Notes under the pieces: model-generated
What the model was told of the DNA's origin: nothing
Databases searched by the model: none
What the model saw: only the letters and a program-made list of their open reading frames with translations
Part shown: piece by piece, positions 1 to 17,559 of the stretch
Numbering within the stretch: position 1 is the stretch's first letter
Layout: every line of letters starts with the position of its first letter
From: the human T2T-CHM13v2.0 reference genome, Homo sapiens
Assembly (NCBI RefSeq): GCF_009914755.1
Contig: NC_060934.1
Strand: one strand, 5' to 3'
Length of the DNA: 64,000 nt
Program-made: the position numbers and the translations under genes

Positions 1-914
1 TCACAGCATATAAAACTACCACGGATGCTTCAGCCGGGTTTCTTTTTCTCCAAATAAGGCAAGCATTAATGAAGCAGCTGAGGGCTTGGGAAAATATTTT
101 GTCATTCCCAAAATGAAATTTCTTCCCCTCTCTAGGCCTGCCCATTGATTTTTCAGCTGAAGCACAAGTGTCTAGCCAGACTTGGTGAACAGTAGGCCTT
201 GCACCTAAACTTGTCAATTGCCATTGTCACCTCTAATGACCATTGATATAAATAATGCTCAGCCTTCATATTTCCATGCATATTCACCCAGAGACCAGAA
301 GGCTTTGTGTAGAGGATGGTGGGATCATCCCATTCCATAGGGAAAAAAGGGCCAGGTTCCCTGACTCCACCTGTCATTGAATTACAAGCTGGGAAGCTGG
401 GCCAGGCAGAGCTCCAGTTGCCAGACACTGTGGCCGCTCTGGTACCAGCTACTCCTAGTACCCAGTGCAGGCAAGGTGTTTAGTGTGGCCTATGAGGATG
501 TTGTTTATCAGGCAGCAACCTCATGAATAGGCAAAAGGCCTGTTTTGAATGCCTCCTGTTTAGAAGTCTGAAATGTCACATCCAGACAGTTTGGAAACAT
601 TTTAGGTGGAGTCAAGGGCAGAGACCAGAAGACATTCATAGATCTGCAGTTGCAGATGGAGACTTTGTTCCAGCTACCCATGGTGTGAGTATACCTTACG
701 GGTGCTATTTGGAATAGGACCTTATTTTTGTTCAGTATATTGGACAAAGTAATTCCTGCTTCCAAACTCACACAGTATTTATGTGGCCCCGGCTGTCTGG
801 CTTATCCACCTGCAGCTGTGGAATTACTTATGAAGCGCTTAATATGCAGCCTCGGTTTCTTTATCTGTTAAGAATCGGGATAACTGGGGCTTCTGAAGGG
901 GTAGGGTCATGTAG

Positions 915-1082
915 CCTGGTGGTTAGGACCTCTGGCTTTAGAGATGGACAGGTTTTGGTTTGGGCTCTGGCTCAGCTGCCTCCTTGCTTTATCAGCTTGA
1001 GAAGTTAATAATCTCCAAGTTTCCTTATCTGTAAAGTAAGGAAAATAATAACTACCTCCCTCATAGGTTGTAGTTAGGAAAA
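915..1082 (+). mobile_element. MIR SINE
   Basis: MIR core: tttccttatctgtaaa...ataataactacctccctcataggttgt. Confidence 0.75.
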
Positions 1083-1323
1083 AGATGTTGTGAGGCTCAG
1101 GTGGTCTGAGGGATATAGAATTGCTTCTCAAACATGATATGTTGCTTTGCCCAATGCTTAGGAGGGAGTTGCGGTTAATAGTTGAAGTGTTCTGCAAGTA
1201 AGTCTTTTGGATCAGTATAAGGCTGTGATAATTCTTATTATTTGGTTTGTGTCCGTGCATGAAAGCAGAAAGCAGCCAGAGGAGTCCATGATTCAAGGAG
1301 CATGAGAATTACTGTTTGCAACA

Positions 1324-1812
<489 letters not shown>

Positions 1813-4538
1813 CCTGTGTGCTTATATAATTTGAATAAAAGCTGTGCTGTTTGGAGCCCTAAACTTCAAATGGATGACATGTTAAAAGCTTCCAAACCCA
1901 CTTTTGATCAAAAATGGGTGGAACCTATGTGGACCAGATTTTTCAGCTGTGCTGAAAGAGTAACAGCAAACCAGAGTCATTGGGCGTGGTTGTGCCAACG
2001 ATCAGCTCTTAGAAGACCATACCAATCACATTTTACAGGATTCTATTCATGAAGATTCTGCATATCTGTTTCCATGTTGTTTCTGACCATTAAGGAGAGT
2101 TGCCGGTATTGACAGATGAGGAGGCTGGGCTGCCCTGCAGCTTGCTTCTCCATAAGCACACCATCAAAAACATGTCCACATTCCAGTCTCACCTTAGCCC
2201 ATCTCCTCATTGGGAGGAGTTAGGCTGCAGCATGAATGGGAACAATGAATATGGAGGTTTCTTCAGAAGGCGATATTAGAGCATTTAATATACTGCTGTT
2301 CTTGTGTATTCTATTGGAAAGAATGGGCAACTGCACATTAACCTTACTGTAAGTGTGATGCATTTGAACATACAGTTAAGAATAGCTCAAAGAATATGCA
2401 TTTCTGCTGTGAGTGGTTTTGAATAAATCAACATAATAGCCCATGGTTATTAACATATTATGTGAATTGGACAATGATATATACTTTGAGGACCTTGAAC
2501 TAAATCCACCAGCTAAGAGCAACCCGTAGGAGGGGCTCCAGAAGGACCGGAGTTCTGGGTGTTGAGGTTGTCATACAAAGAAATGAACAGCAGACAACTG
2601 GCAGAAGAATTTTCTGGTAATACTCAACCCAAAGTCAATTTTCAAATGCTTGGACTGCAGCACAGAATTGACTAATGTCAGATTAATTGAATTTGGACTT
2701 CTAAATGTGGGTCAGTTTGGGTTGGAAGTGATTTTATTATCCAGAAACTTCTGTGTACCCCTCTTCCCCCACAAGAAATATTCAGCCATAATTTTCCCCT
2801 GTTGCTGAGCTTCTCTTGCAAAGTTTCTGAGAAGCAGTGAATCTTTCTGTTAGATTTCATAAGAAGTAGTGCTAGGCTTTTGATATAATTACGTTTAGAT
2901 TTCAAGGAAACTTTCAGTGTGTTGAAAAATAAATTCTAAGGCATAAAGGGGAAGGAGTCCTCGGCTGAGACCCAGACAGCCCGAGTCCTTAGCCCAGTTA
3001 GAAACTTGCCATGTGACCTTGAGCAAGTCTTGGCATGCTCTGCCTCATGGTTGAACATTTTTTTTTTTTAAGTGGGGAGGGTTATATATGACCTTCTTTT
3101 TGTCCCTTTAGCTCGGACACTTAGAGGTTTAGTGATCTGTGGGTTTTGTTTGTTTGTTTTTGTTTGTTTGTATTTTTGGTGGGAGGGGGCTAGAGTACAA
3201 AATGGAAAAGAAGATAAGTAGACAGGGGCTCATAATCTTTGAGAACCAGGATTTTCCTTAAATTGCTCTCTTTTGAATCTCCTGGTACCCTTTAAAAAAC
3301 CTCTTTACCTGGGTGCGAGTCTTCTTCCGTGACACTTAATATAACTTTATGGACCTCAGTTAGACTCTGATGTCCTTTTCAAAACAGTGTTGTTTTTTAA
3401 AGTATGAAGTGCTTATTAAACCCGCTTAGGAGATGCAGTCCTAGGAGGCCATTGATCACACGTGAAAACACTCTAGATATAACTCTCCTTTCAAAAAAGT
3501 GGCTAATGAAGTATATACCACCTTCCTATTTTGAATAAAGTGCTATGACTGGACAAAATAGAACAACTTTTTGGACAAAAAGGCTGCTGGAGCCGCTGCC
3601 GTCTCTATTCTTGCACTGCTTGCTGTTGACAGCCCATGTGTGAGGACACTTTGTTAGTGACATTTAGCCAGTGATTGGCCCATCCAAAAGGCGGTTACCC
3701 AGAAGCCCTCGTGAGCAAGCCAGGATGCTGGGAGAGGGATGGGAGGTGGCCTTTTGGAAACAAGGGGACATGGCTGGGTTCTTGTAAGTCATGTGGAGAG
3801 TATGATACACCTCTACCCTGCCATGCCATGGCAGCTGGGCCTCGCAGAGATGGACACCAGAATTCACAGCACCAGAGTTCAAACACTAAACACGGGCAGC
3901 TGGACATTGGCCTTGGGAGGCCCAGACGTGGAGCACTGTCCTGGACCTCAGGCTGTTTCAGGGACCTCTGTGGCAGGAATTGACTACCCTTCTCTTTCAG
4001 GCTCAGCCATGATGTGCTTGGCTGTTCCCTTGGGCTCTCTCTTCTGGAAGCTCGTCCCGTCCGCAGGCCCCCTTGCTGTACTTGTACCTTCATTCTCCAT
4101 CTCTCAGCTTCTGCGCACTCTGAACTTTGGCCATTCGCATGCTGCCAGACCCCTTCCAACTCTTGGACTCCTCCTTACATCCCTTTACCGTTGGCTCCCA
4201 ATTCTTTTTTTTTTTTTAATTTCCCAATTAAAACAACAACCACCACCAAGAACAAGAGTTAGGCCCTGCCTACCCTTCTTTGGATGGGGTGTTTGTGCCA
4301 AGTAGCATCACCAACTGCTGTTCATCCTTGACATGGGTGTCCTGGGGTCAGGTGTTTCCTCTGGCCCAGTTAGCAGGGAGGAATGTCATATGGTTTAGAA
4401 AGGAGGGCCCAGGGCTGGCCGTCTCTTGGAGGGGCCCGGGATGGGGTACGCCCCCTTGGAAGGGGATGGTGGTTGCGGTGGGCGCTGTAAATGTTGTGTC
4501 CAGCTCAGAGGGTGCAACAGTGTCTGTAACTCATATTC

Positions 4539-4834
4539 TTTTTTTTTTTTTTTAGACAGAGTCTCGCTCCTACACCCAGGCTGGAGTGCCGTGGTGCAAT
4601 CTCAGCTCACTGCAACCTAACCTCCTGGGTTCAAGCAATTCTCCTGCCTCAGCCTCCTGAGTAGCTGAGATTACAGGTGCTCAACCACCACGCCTGGCTA
4701 ATTTTTGTATTTTTAGTAGAGACAGGGTTTCACCATGTTGGCCAGGCTGGTCTCGAACTCCTGACCTCAAGTGATCCGCCCACCTCTACCTCTCAAAGTG
4801 CTGGGATTACAGGCGTGAGCTGCCGTGCCCAGCC
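4539..4834 (-). mobile_element. Alu (AluS)
   Basis: Poly(T) then reverse dimer; TSD-like agtgtctgtaact/agtatctataact. Confidence 0.97.
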
Positions 4835-5280
4835 AGTATCTATAACTGAAGGCTGTTTATTTCTGCTTGCCTAACCCGTCCAGGAGGATGTGCTGGGGCC
4901 ATCTGAACAACCATTGACATTCAGACATTATTTAGAAATGGAATTGGGAAGTGTTTAAAAGGCATAGACTAGTCTGGCCTTCTGCCCATTCAGAGACTGT
5001 GTATGTAGTCAGTGTACAGTGTATTCATTGAGGGCCCCTCGCTGGATGTTTCAGCCACTCCCTCACAGGTTCTCGTGTCTGCTTGGTACAGTTGAGATCT
5101 GCAAGAGCTGATTCATCGGCCTGATTGAGATTCCTTTGTAAAACCAGATATTCAAGAATACTAGTGGCAAGAATGCTTTGGTGAGCGTAAGATAGCGGCT
5201 CCCACTGGATCACATGGCTGGTCGGTGTCAGGGAGATCACCGTGGGAGGTAGCAGGAGTCAGTCTTTAAAAAAATTATTG

Positions 5281-5610
<330 letters not shown>

Positions 5611-5844
5611 TTAATTTAATGTTGCATTAACGAGTGGTATAAGGTTCTTAGCCCTTTGTCTGGTATCTGCTGGGTGTTCAGTATTCATTTCCTCGCTTTC
5701 CCTGCATATTTTGAGCTAATAAATGTTTGGGGACACCACTTTCCTGTAGAATCTCATGTAATCCCAAACAGATCCTAGCTGCTTGCTATGGCCCATCTGC
5801 GGGACCCACGTCAAGGCTTTCCCATAAAGGAGAGCCCTGCGGGA

Positions 5845-5985
5845 ATCATCATGTGCCAGACACTGTGCTAGGCTCTTTAGGTGCATCTTGAAACTTAATC
5901 CTCGTGACATTTTGGAGTAGATACTATCATCCCCACAGAAGGTACTGAAGTCTCAAGCACATTAATAGCTTACCTAAATATTGCT
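5845..5985 (-). mobile_element. MIR SINE
   Basis: gtgccagacactgtgctagg...ttaatcctc...tactatcatcccc. Confidence 0.65.
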
Positions 5986-6079
5986 AAGGGTCTTCCAGAT
6001 GATCTTTAGGAAATTTTCAGCCAGGGGAGAGTGAAAGCTCTATTTGCTATAGTTAAAGCAAGGAACCCTCCTTCTTAAA

Positions 6080-6385
6080 AAATTATACAGTTATTGAGAT
6101 ATAATTCACATACCTTACAATTCATCCATTTAAAGCATGCAATTCAGTGGTTGTAGTAGATTCAGGAGTTGTGCGAGCATCGTCACAGTCAATTTTAGAA
6201 CATTTTCATCACCTTCCACAAAACCCCCGTGTCTCCTAGTAGCCACTCCCCATTTTCCCTAAGTCCCACAGTCCTAGGCAACAACTAATATATTTTCTGC
6301 ATCTATGGATTTGCCTATTCTGGACATTTCATATAGATGAAATCATAGGCCCGTGGTCTTTTGTAACTGACTTCTTTCACTTAGC
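6080..6385 (-). mobile_element. L1M (L1MB-like) 3' UTR fragment
   Basis: ttattgagatataattcacatacc...catttaaag...aattcagtgg...tctatggatttgcctattctggacatttcatat. Confidence 0.85.
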
Positions 6386-7349
6386 AAATGGAAGGGTTTT
6401 TGATGGAATCTTAGCTCAGATGTCGCCCTAGGCTTGGCCTTCTGGAACTCACTGTTCTCTTGCTTCCTTCCACCCTGCCTCCCTACCCGCTTTGCTACAA
6501 GAAGACAGAATGTAGAAACCCCCAGTTGACTTTTTGAGTAGAAATGAGCCATGTTCTATTTAGTGGTAGAATGTTTGCTGGGTTAGCCCAGGACTTCAGA
6601 TGGAGTGCTTCCTCCTTTTTAATACCTTGTGACTGCTGTGTTGGCAAGCAGAGGGTTAAATGCTGCAGGAGGACATGGGAGAGTTTTTGCTTTGAGGGTC
6701 CACTGGAGCAAGAGAAGCTTGAGAGTCTGTCTCTGAGATCCCAGAACAGACATGAAGATATGGTACCGATTCCCTTGGTGCTAAAAGGAACTCCAGGGGA
6801 ATTTCAGGAAACCCCTCCTTTTCTCGTCTTTATTCTCACCCCGTCCCCCCGCCACCTCTCTCCCCAAGTTCACACTCAGGAGGGAGGAATCTTTTACCTT
6901 TTCCGTTCTGGGCAGCAGCTGTAGGGAATGTTATCAGTGTTGGGACTGGGCACGGGACCAAGCCTTCCTGGTGCCTGGACTGCAACCAAGCTGAGAGCTG
7001 ACATGGCAGGGCGAGTTGTGTGTGAGTTGGCTGCCCCTAGGCTCATAGGCCTAGCACAATAGAGACCCTGTCAATGGAGGGACACTATCAGGCAGGTCAC
7101 TATCAATGTGACAGACACTATCAGGCAGGTCACATTGGTGCAGATCCTTGGAGGACTCCCCCCCACCCCCCATGAGTGGATTCCTCCAGGTCAGGGGCTG
7201 GCTGGGACTGTGGATGCTGGAGTAAGTGGAATTGTGGGTGCACTCTGCTTCAGCAGTACTCTCCAAGGAGAATGATTGTTTTAATAAATTACTGTTTTAA
7301 TAAGGGAGGTGGAAGAGCTTTTTAATCACTTGCTTTTTAAAAATTTTTA

Positions 7350-7967
<618 letters not shown>

Positions 7968-8410
7968 AATCAGTTGCTTTTAAACTACTTAAATAAAAAG
8001 AGCCAACCCAAAATCTTGTGCATGCTTGGGAAACTGGCAGTGGAATATGAGAAGTTTTTATTTGTGGTGCACACAGGTGACTCGGGCTGTTGTGTATTGG
8101 TTCTTGCCTCGATCTGTAGCAAGCAATCTGTTGTTTCTTGCCTGCCTTTTGGGAAGAAATGAAAAAAGAAGCAGCACGAGTCTCCATACATCATGATTGT
8201 GATGGCACTGGGCCTGAGACCTTTTCTGCTGTCCAGGTAAAAATGTGAAGACCATGGTTTTGAGGTTTCTTAATAAATTCAGGTGTTAAGTGCCAAGTGA
8301 TGCTCCCAGCCCCTGAGCTAGAGCAACTATGCTGTTCATGTCCCCAGGAATGGAAGTGGACCCTAGTTAGGTGCTGGTGGCCAGCCATGTGTACCTAGGG
8401 CAGGGCCAGG

Positions 8411-8413
<3 letters not shown>

Positions 8414-8478
<65 letters not shown>

Positions 8479-8496
8479 GAGAGAGAGATAGAGAGA
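8414..8496. repeat. Compound (GT)n(GA)n microsatellite
   Basis: Direct reading. Confidence 0.98.
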
Positions 8497-8718
8497 AACA
8501 TAAAGGTGATCGGCACTCAGACATCCTGTGTGGTCCACCTCACTTCTCAAGCAGGTGTCTTTCCAGTCTACAACTCGTTGACCACAGGTGGAATTCATAA
8601 GCTCTGTTCCCTGTCCTGCTTGGGTCCTCCAGAGAAAGAAATGTTGAATTATCATCTTGGTGATGGTCAACTCTGAAAGCCTAAATTTTCATGATCACCA
8701 AAGTGTTTGGATTTAAAA

Positions 8719-9033
<315 letters not shown>

Positions 9034-10089
9034 AAGGTCACAAGACATTCTTGGCTCCGCCCTGCAGAGCTGCTTCCCGATCTCCTTTTTTATTTGCTTC
9101 CCAACCTGCGGGCCTCAGTGTGACTCACCACACCGGACTGCCTGGCCCTGCTGCCTGCCGCCCATCCTTGCGGCCTGGACGACTCCATGTGCGAGTTGCT
9201 GGCGCAGCGTCCAGAAAACAGACCACACCCCAGGAATGATGATACGTTATAGCATTTCTCTGCTCTGTAAGAGAGGCACCAGGGTCGTGTGCTGGGTCTG
9301 GGGTTTGTCCATTCCACATCCGGTGCTGCTGTTGACTCTGGTGTCGGCCGCTGGTGAGCTGGCTGTAGCTGGTCACCTCTGGGTGGTTTCTGGGGCGGTC
9401 GCAGGCTGACTAACACACCAAAGGTCAGCCAGGGTGTTGAAGCTGGCACCTTTCTTCCTGGAGCACAGACGTCATCTTGGATCTTTTAGATACTTGGACT
9501 TACTTTATGCAGAACATTCTGGATTTGTGAATTAGATGGACTCTTTATTATTTTGTATTTGGATTATTTCTTTAAAGAGATCAGAGATAAAAATATCATT
9601 GTTTTGCCAGTTTGCTACCACCAGCCCACACCCCTCTTCCCGTTGTCCAAAAAGGGGGTGGTTAGAGTTTTCTTGAGTGACTGGGCTATTATGATTAGCA
9701 GATTACTAAAGCTGTGTGATTTTAACAAGACGTAAACACATATGGGAACCCCTCCTTCCATATCTTGCTAATGTCAATTAGCAACATATTAATCTTGCTA
9801 ATGTCAATCCTGTCACTTCATACATTTATAAATATTAGGGACATTTAAAAGAGTTGTCGGACTGTGCGGGACCTTGGCACACTGCTGACGGCTGCACACT
9901 CATCACTGCGGGGCTCATCACACATTGACACCAGCACCATATTTTGCTGGGTTTCCTGATCTCGGTTGAGTATTTGGATTTGAATGGGATGGTTTTAATG
10001 TTGCTACTGACTACTACAGTGATCCAAATAAACTTTAAAGCTGGGGCCTCCACGCCATAGGCAAATTTTCATACCAGTTGCCTTTACCT

Positions 10090-10275
10090 CAGTAGTTTTC
10101 AGCTGGGGCAATTTTGTTCCCCAGGAGACATCTGGATACAGTGTTGGTTGTAACAGCTGGGCAGGGGGTACTTCTGTCATCATCTCATGGGCACAGGCCA
10201 GGGATGCTGCTAGGGCAACCCCTCACCCTCCCAAAGAATTATCAAAAACATCAACAGTGCCAAAGCTGAGAAGCT
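10090..10275 (+). mobile_element. MER20 (hAT-Charlie) DNA transposon
   Basis: cagtagttttcagctgggggcaattttgttccccagg...ggccagggatgctgcta...aaagaattatc...agtgccaaagctgagaa. Confidence 0.8.
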
Positions 10276-10328
10276 CAGCTTTAATGTGTTCATTGAGCAA
10301 CTAAAGAATAGACTCAGATATAGGAAAG

Positions 10329-10887
<559 letters not shown>

Positions 10888-11147
10888 TTAAAAAATATCT
10901 TTCTGGTTTACTAGGGTATTCTTCAAAAAAAGAGAAAAGATTAAAGCTGCACAGACATGATGATGTAAAAGCTAGTAGCTTCTCAAGCTGTGAAAGGTCT
11001 GTGGTGCAGAGAATAGCTCCCTATGAGCTGAATTTTGTTTGCTGTGGTGCAGCATGGGTTTAGATCCTACCTGGTTAGTGAAAGAGATAATGTGAAGTCA
11101 TTGCATTTGCATTTGTCAAAATCCTAGTTTTCCACTTACCTAATAGT

Positions 11148-11770
<623 letters not shown>

Positions 11771-12664
11771 AGTCTTTTTGTTGTTGTTGTTAAAGTGAGA
11801 GACCCAGACCAAAATCATCTTTCTTCTCCCAAAATGCTAATTATTATTTGTTTTAAGTTATAGCTCCAGATTACCTTGTAGGATTATTCACATTTTCTTT
11901 CTAAATGCTGTTCTTGAAAGGAACCATCTATTGACAGTACATCAGAAATTCTATGGTTCCTTTATGACATTTCTGGGGAAGTAAATGAAAGGTGTAAATT
12001 AAGAAAAGCAAGTGTTTGCGGTTCCCACTTTAACCTTGTGTTATGTTAAGTGGCTTTGTTGAAGAGGGCTGTCACTGTTCTTGAAAACTTGGGAAAATCC
12101 ATAGCAAGCTGTGCCATTAGTTGCCTTTGGGAGCACAGGATGTTTGATGTGAAAATTATATGGACACATCTAATTGGGTGTATTTTCACCCCACCAGATA
12201 TCAAGTAAAGAGGTGACTCTTCCCCCTCCCCTGCATTTTTAGCTAAATTGTTTAACCTGAATTTCATGCTATTAAGAATTACATTTCAGTAATCCACCTG
12301 CCATTTTTCAATGCCTTTTGTTTAGTAGCATGTCTGTATGATCCACCTACAGAACATTTCTAGACATCTGGCAAGAGCTAGTTATCATCCCTTCCTGATT
12401 TGGGGTGCTAAGACCTGTGGTCCCCTTCTTCCACCGTAATTTACATTCTTCCCTGAGTCCTGCAGGAACTCAGCCAGGCAGTGGAAAGAAAACAGAAGCT
12501 CTGTGGACCTCTGCTTACTGTAAAATGGGAATAATAATTCTTATCCTGCCTGTTTCCCAGAGTTGTATATTCTTTTCCAATAAAATGTACTCAAAATTAA
12601 AATACAAAGCAGTTACACAGAGATAAGATAGTGGTAATTATGCCAATTTAAACTCCAGAATTAA

Positions 12665-13191
12665 AAAATAAGTTTAGTCACATACCATGCAGTTCACCCA
12701 TTTAAAGTATATAATTCAGTGGTTTTTTGTATATTTGCAGAACTATGCAACCAATATCGCCATTGTAGAACATTTTCCTCACCCCCTAAAAGAAACTGTA
12801 CCCATTAGCTCTCACTCCCCATTTCCCCCACTCTGCCTTCTCCCCCATGCCCAAGGCAACTGTCAATCTACTTTCTGTTTCTATGGATTTGCCTGTTCTG
12901 GCATTAGATATATACATGAAGTCATAAAATTTGTGGTCCTTTGTGACTGCTTCTTTCGCTTAACTTAAATGTTTTCAAGGTTCGTCCATGTTGCTGCATG
13001 TATCAGGACATAATTTCTTTCTTTTTCTTTTCTTCTTTTTTTTTTTTTTTTGAGATAGAGTCTTGCTGTGTCGCCCAGGCTGGAGTGCAGTGGCATATCT
13101 CGGCTCACTGCAACCTCTGCCTCCCAGGTTCAGGCGATTCACCTGCCTCGGCCTCCTGTGTAGCAGGCCCATGCCACCACGCCTGGCTTGC

Positions 13192-13234
<43 letters not shown>

Positions 13235-13450
13235 TTGTATTTTTAGTAGAGATGGGGTTTCACCATGTTGGCTAGGCTGGTGTAGAACTCCTGACCTCAA
13301 GTGATCTGCCCTCCTTGGCCTCCCAAAGTGCTGGGATTACAGGCATGAGCCACTGTGCCTGGCCAGGACTTTATTCCTTTTATGGCTGAATAATATTTCA
13401 TTATATGGATATCCCATATTTTGTTGACCCATTCATCAGTTGATGGCAAG
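12665..13450 (-). mobile_element. L1M (L1MB-like) 3' fragment split by an Alu
   Basis: cacataccatgcagttcacccatttaaagtatataattcagtgg...ttttatggctgaataatatttcatt. Confidence 0.85.
13015..13364 (-). mobile_element. Alu (AluS) with (TTTA)n middle tract
   Basis: Reverse dimer; (ttta)n 13192-13236. Confidence 0.95.
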
Positions 13451-13730
13451 CTTCAGAATTAAAAAAAAAAATTAAGCTAGTTCATATTTGCTTTAATTTT
13501 CCAAATGATCCCTTTCCTTTTATTGCAAGTTAAGTGTTCCTATGGTAATGACTGTTATGGGGCAAAGATGATCAAGTCTATGAGCGGTCCACACAGTTCA
13601 ACAAATATGTACCTCAGCACACTACCTGGAACCAGACATTGGGTAAAGATAACTTTAGAATTCATGGTCCCCCTGAGACACTAAAGACTTTTTAATGAAT
13701 GCAATTAGTAACTTTCTACTTACTGTTACT

Positions 13731-14002
13731 CTTTTTATTTTATTTTTTGAGCAGGATCTCACTGTGTTGCCCAGGCTGAAGTGCAATGGCCCAATCACAG
13801 CTCACTGCGGCCTTGACCTCCTGGGATCAAGTGATGGCTGAGACTACAGTCATGTGCCACCACATCCAGCTCTTTAAAAAATTTTTTTTGCAGAGATGGG
13901 GTCTCACTATAGGCTGGTCTTGAATTCCTGGCCTCAAGGGATCTTCCTCCCTCAGCCTCTCAAAGTGCTGGGATTACAGGCATGAGCCACCACACACACC
14001 CA
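13731..14002 (-). mobile_element. Alu (AluJ)
   Basis: Diverged reverse dimer. Confidence 0.93.
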
Positions 14003-14114
14003 GTTTGTTGCTCTTTCTGTAGGTTGGCTAAGGATTAAGATGTTATCTCCGGTGGCTGAAACATGCCTCTGATAGGTGCTATCTCCCTTGTCTTCATTTT
14101 CACGCTGGTGGTAA

Positions 14115-14466
<352 letters not shown>

Positions 14467-14920
14467 ACAGCAGATTCTGACAGGTGATGCCCTTGCCAGC
14501 CTGGGGAGCCTTTTGGTTTTGGGTTTGGTTTTTAAATTTGTTACTGTTTTGGTGGTTGTTTTTACCTGTTGTAAATATTAAGAAGCCTAGGCATGATGAT
14601 GCTCTGAAGACAGGAAAATTTGTTTTGTCCCGATTTGCCACACGGACTCCTGCCTGCATCTGCGTTGATGTGGCCACACGGAGAGCTGCTCTGCTCAGGA
14701 GATCCAGCCCGGGCCAGCAGCTTTATAATCAGTTCTGATCGCCACCCTGCAGGGCTGTTTTTGGCATTTTAATGTCCCTTAAGTACTTTCAGAAGAAAGT
14801 TTTCAAGGAAAACCTGAATTTTTTCTTTATTGGCTGCACATGTTAGACATATGAAGATGTGTTTCACTTTACAAAGTGGGGGGAACCCTCAACAATCTTT
14901 AAGAGATCCCTAAAAACTGA

Positions 14921-15482
<562 letters not shown>

Positions 15483-17134
15483 TGATTTTTACTAATAAAG
15501 TTATAAATGTCTGGGGTTAGAAGACAGCCAAAGTTTTGGGTGGCGCAAGAGATAATTCATCCCAGACTCCACACCCCTTATGCCATGAAAACTTCACCTC
15601 TCCGTTTCAAGCTGAGAAACCCCACATACACTGCAGATACATTACAAGGCAGCTACCACATCACCAAAGGCCAAGCAGAAGGCATTGTGGATGCCCTGGG
15701 TATATACTCTCTGACACAGAGGTGACTGCCTAAGCAGTCAGATTTGCGACAGTGTGATCCTTTTTGGAATTCATATACTGGGGCAAGTATTGGAACCAAG
15801 GTTGCCAGCGAATGGGGCTGGCAAGTCTTTTTTCAAGTTTCCTTGTGTGTTCCCATTCTGAACAAGGTGGTGTCAAGTTGATCCTGCCTGTGGGAATGCA
15901 TTGTTCTTGAATATTTATATCTTTGTATGCTCCCATTGGGATTTCTCCTTTCATAATATCTGAAAAGAACTTGTTTTCATTAAAGCCATTTCAATTTCGT
16001 ACATTTTTATGCAATAATTTAGTGTTTATGGTGTCTCTTAACCAACATGGCTTGTTTTCATAAGCACCCGAGAAGGTTTAAATAACATTTTCTCATAAAT
16101 TAGCCCTCGTTTGCACACTTATTCAGTTATTGCATCATGAAGACCCTCTGGAGTTTGATGTTGTCAGGAAACATATTAGCAGAAAATAGTGTGTTATTAT
16201 CTAATGCTGATAATTGGTTAGTGGAAATGAGAAAAGAGGATATGTAATTGGGGTTCCTGTGGCTAACAAGATGTGAATTATGAAAGCATTTCCAGGAGAA
16301 ATTCCAGGGGTGTTGCAGGAACCTGTTATTTACATTTTAAAACATTTGATTCCCATTGAAAGGGGAGGAGGGCGCTGTTTACCAACACTGCTTTCTTTTT
16401 CAGAGCAAATCCATCTAAATTTCCTGAGTGGTAGCTAGATCTCCTAATACACCTAGCCCCTATGTTGTTTTGACTTTGCAGTCCCATTTTAGGCTGCTAA
16501 CGTTCTTTTTGTAAGAGATATGTTGGCTTTTAAAGAGAGGATTACCTAGTACACATCACAAGTCCTGATCAGACCCTCTTCTCCCTCTTGGCCCCGTGAT
16601 TCTGCCCAGTAATGTTTACAGCACACAACACGCACCAATACTACTTCCCAAAGGCTGCTTGGGAGAAGGAGCGTACCTTTAGCAAGAATCTCAGTATAAG
16701 CACAGTATAATGCTTTCTTCATTAGCTAGATTCACAAAGCTTTCTGCAGCCTGTGCTGCTTGAACCCGAGCTTCTGCTTAATGTTCTTCCATAGCCAGTC
16801 ATTGCTGAGTAAGGTGGATGGGCTTCTGTGTTATGCTTAAACAAGTGAAATCAACTCCTGTTCTCTCAAAGTCATTGATGAGCATGGTTTTTCATGCTTG
16901 CTCGCTATTGACTTGTCTGGAAAGATTATACTGTTAAGGACAGAGACTCTGTCAGTTGCATATGGAAATAATGGATATAAAGATTGCAAGGAGAGTTCAT
17001 TTTCCACCTGCTTGAGGTCACATTGAACCTCATCCCTGTTGCGGAAAACAAATGGGAGTGATAGCTGGTGCCAGTTAGTGTATGGATGTCCTCGAAATTA
17101 GATGTGCCTTCAAAAAGACTTGATTTAATGTTAG

Positions 17135-17559
<425 letters not shown>

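Noticed and set aside
3695-4305. Overlapping 154-188 aa ORFs
   Set aside because: No recognisable domain; mostly non-ATG starts; chance ORFs in a GC-richer patch
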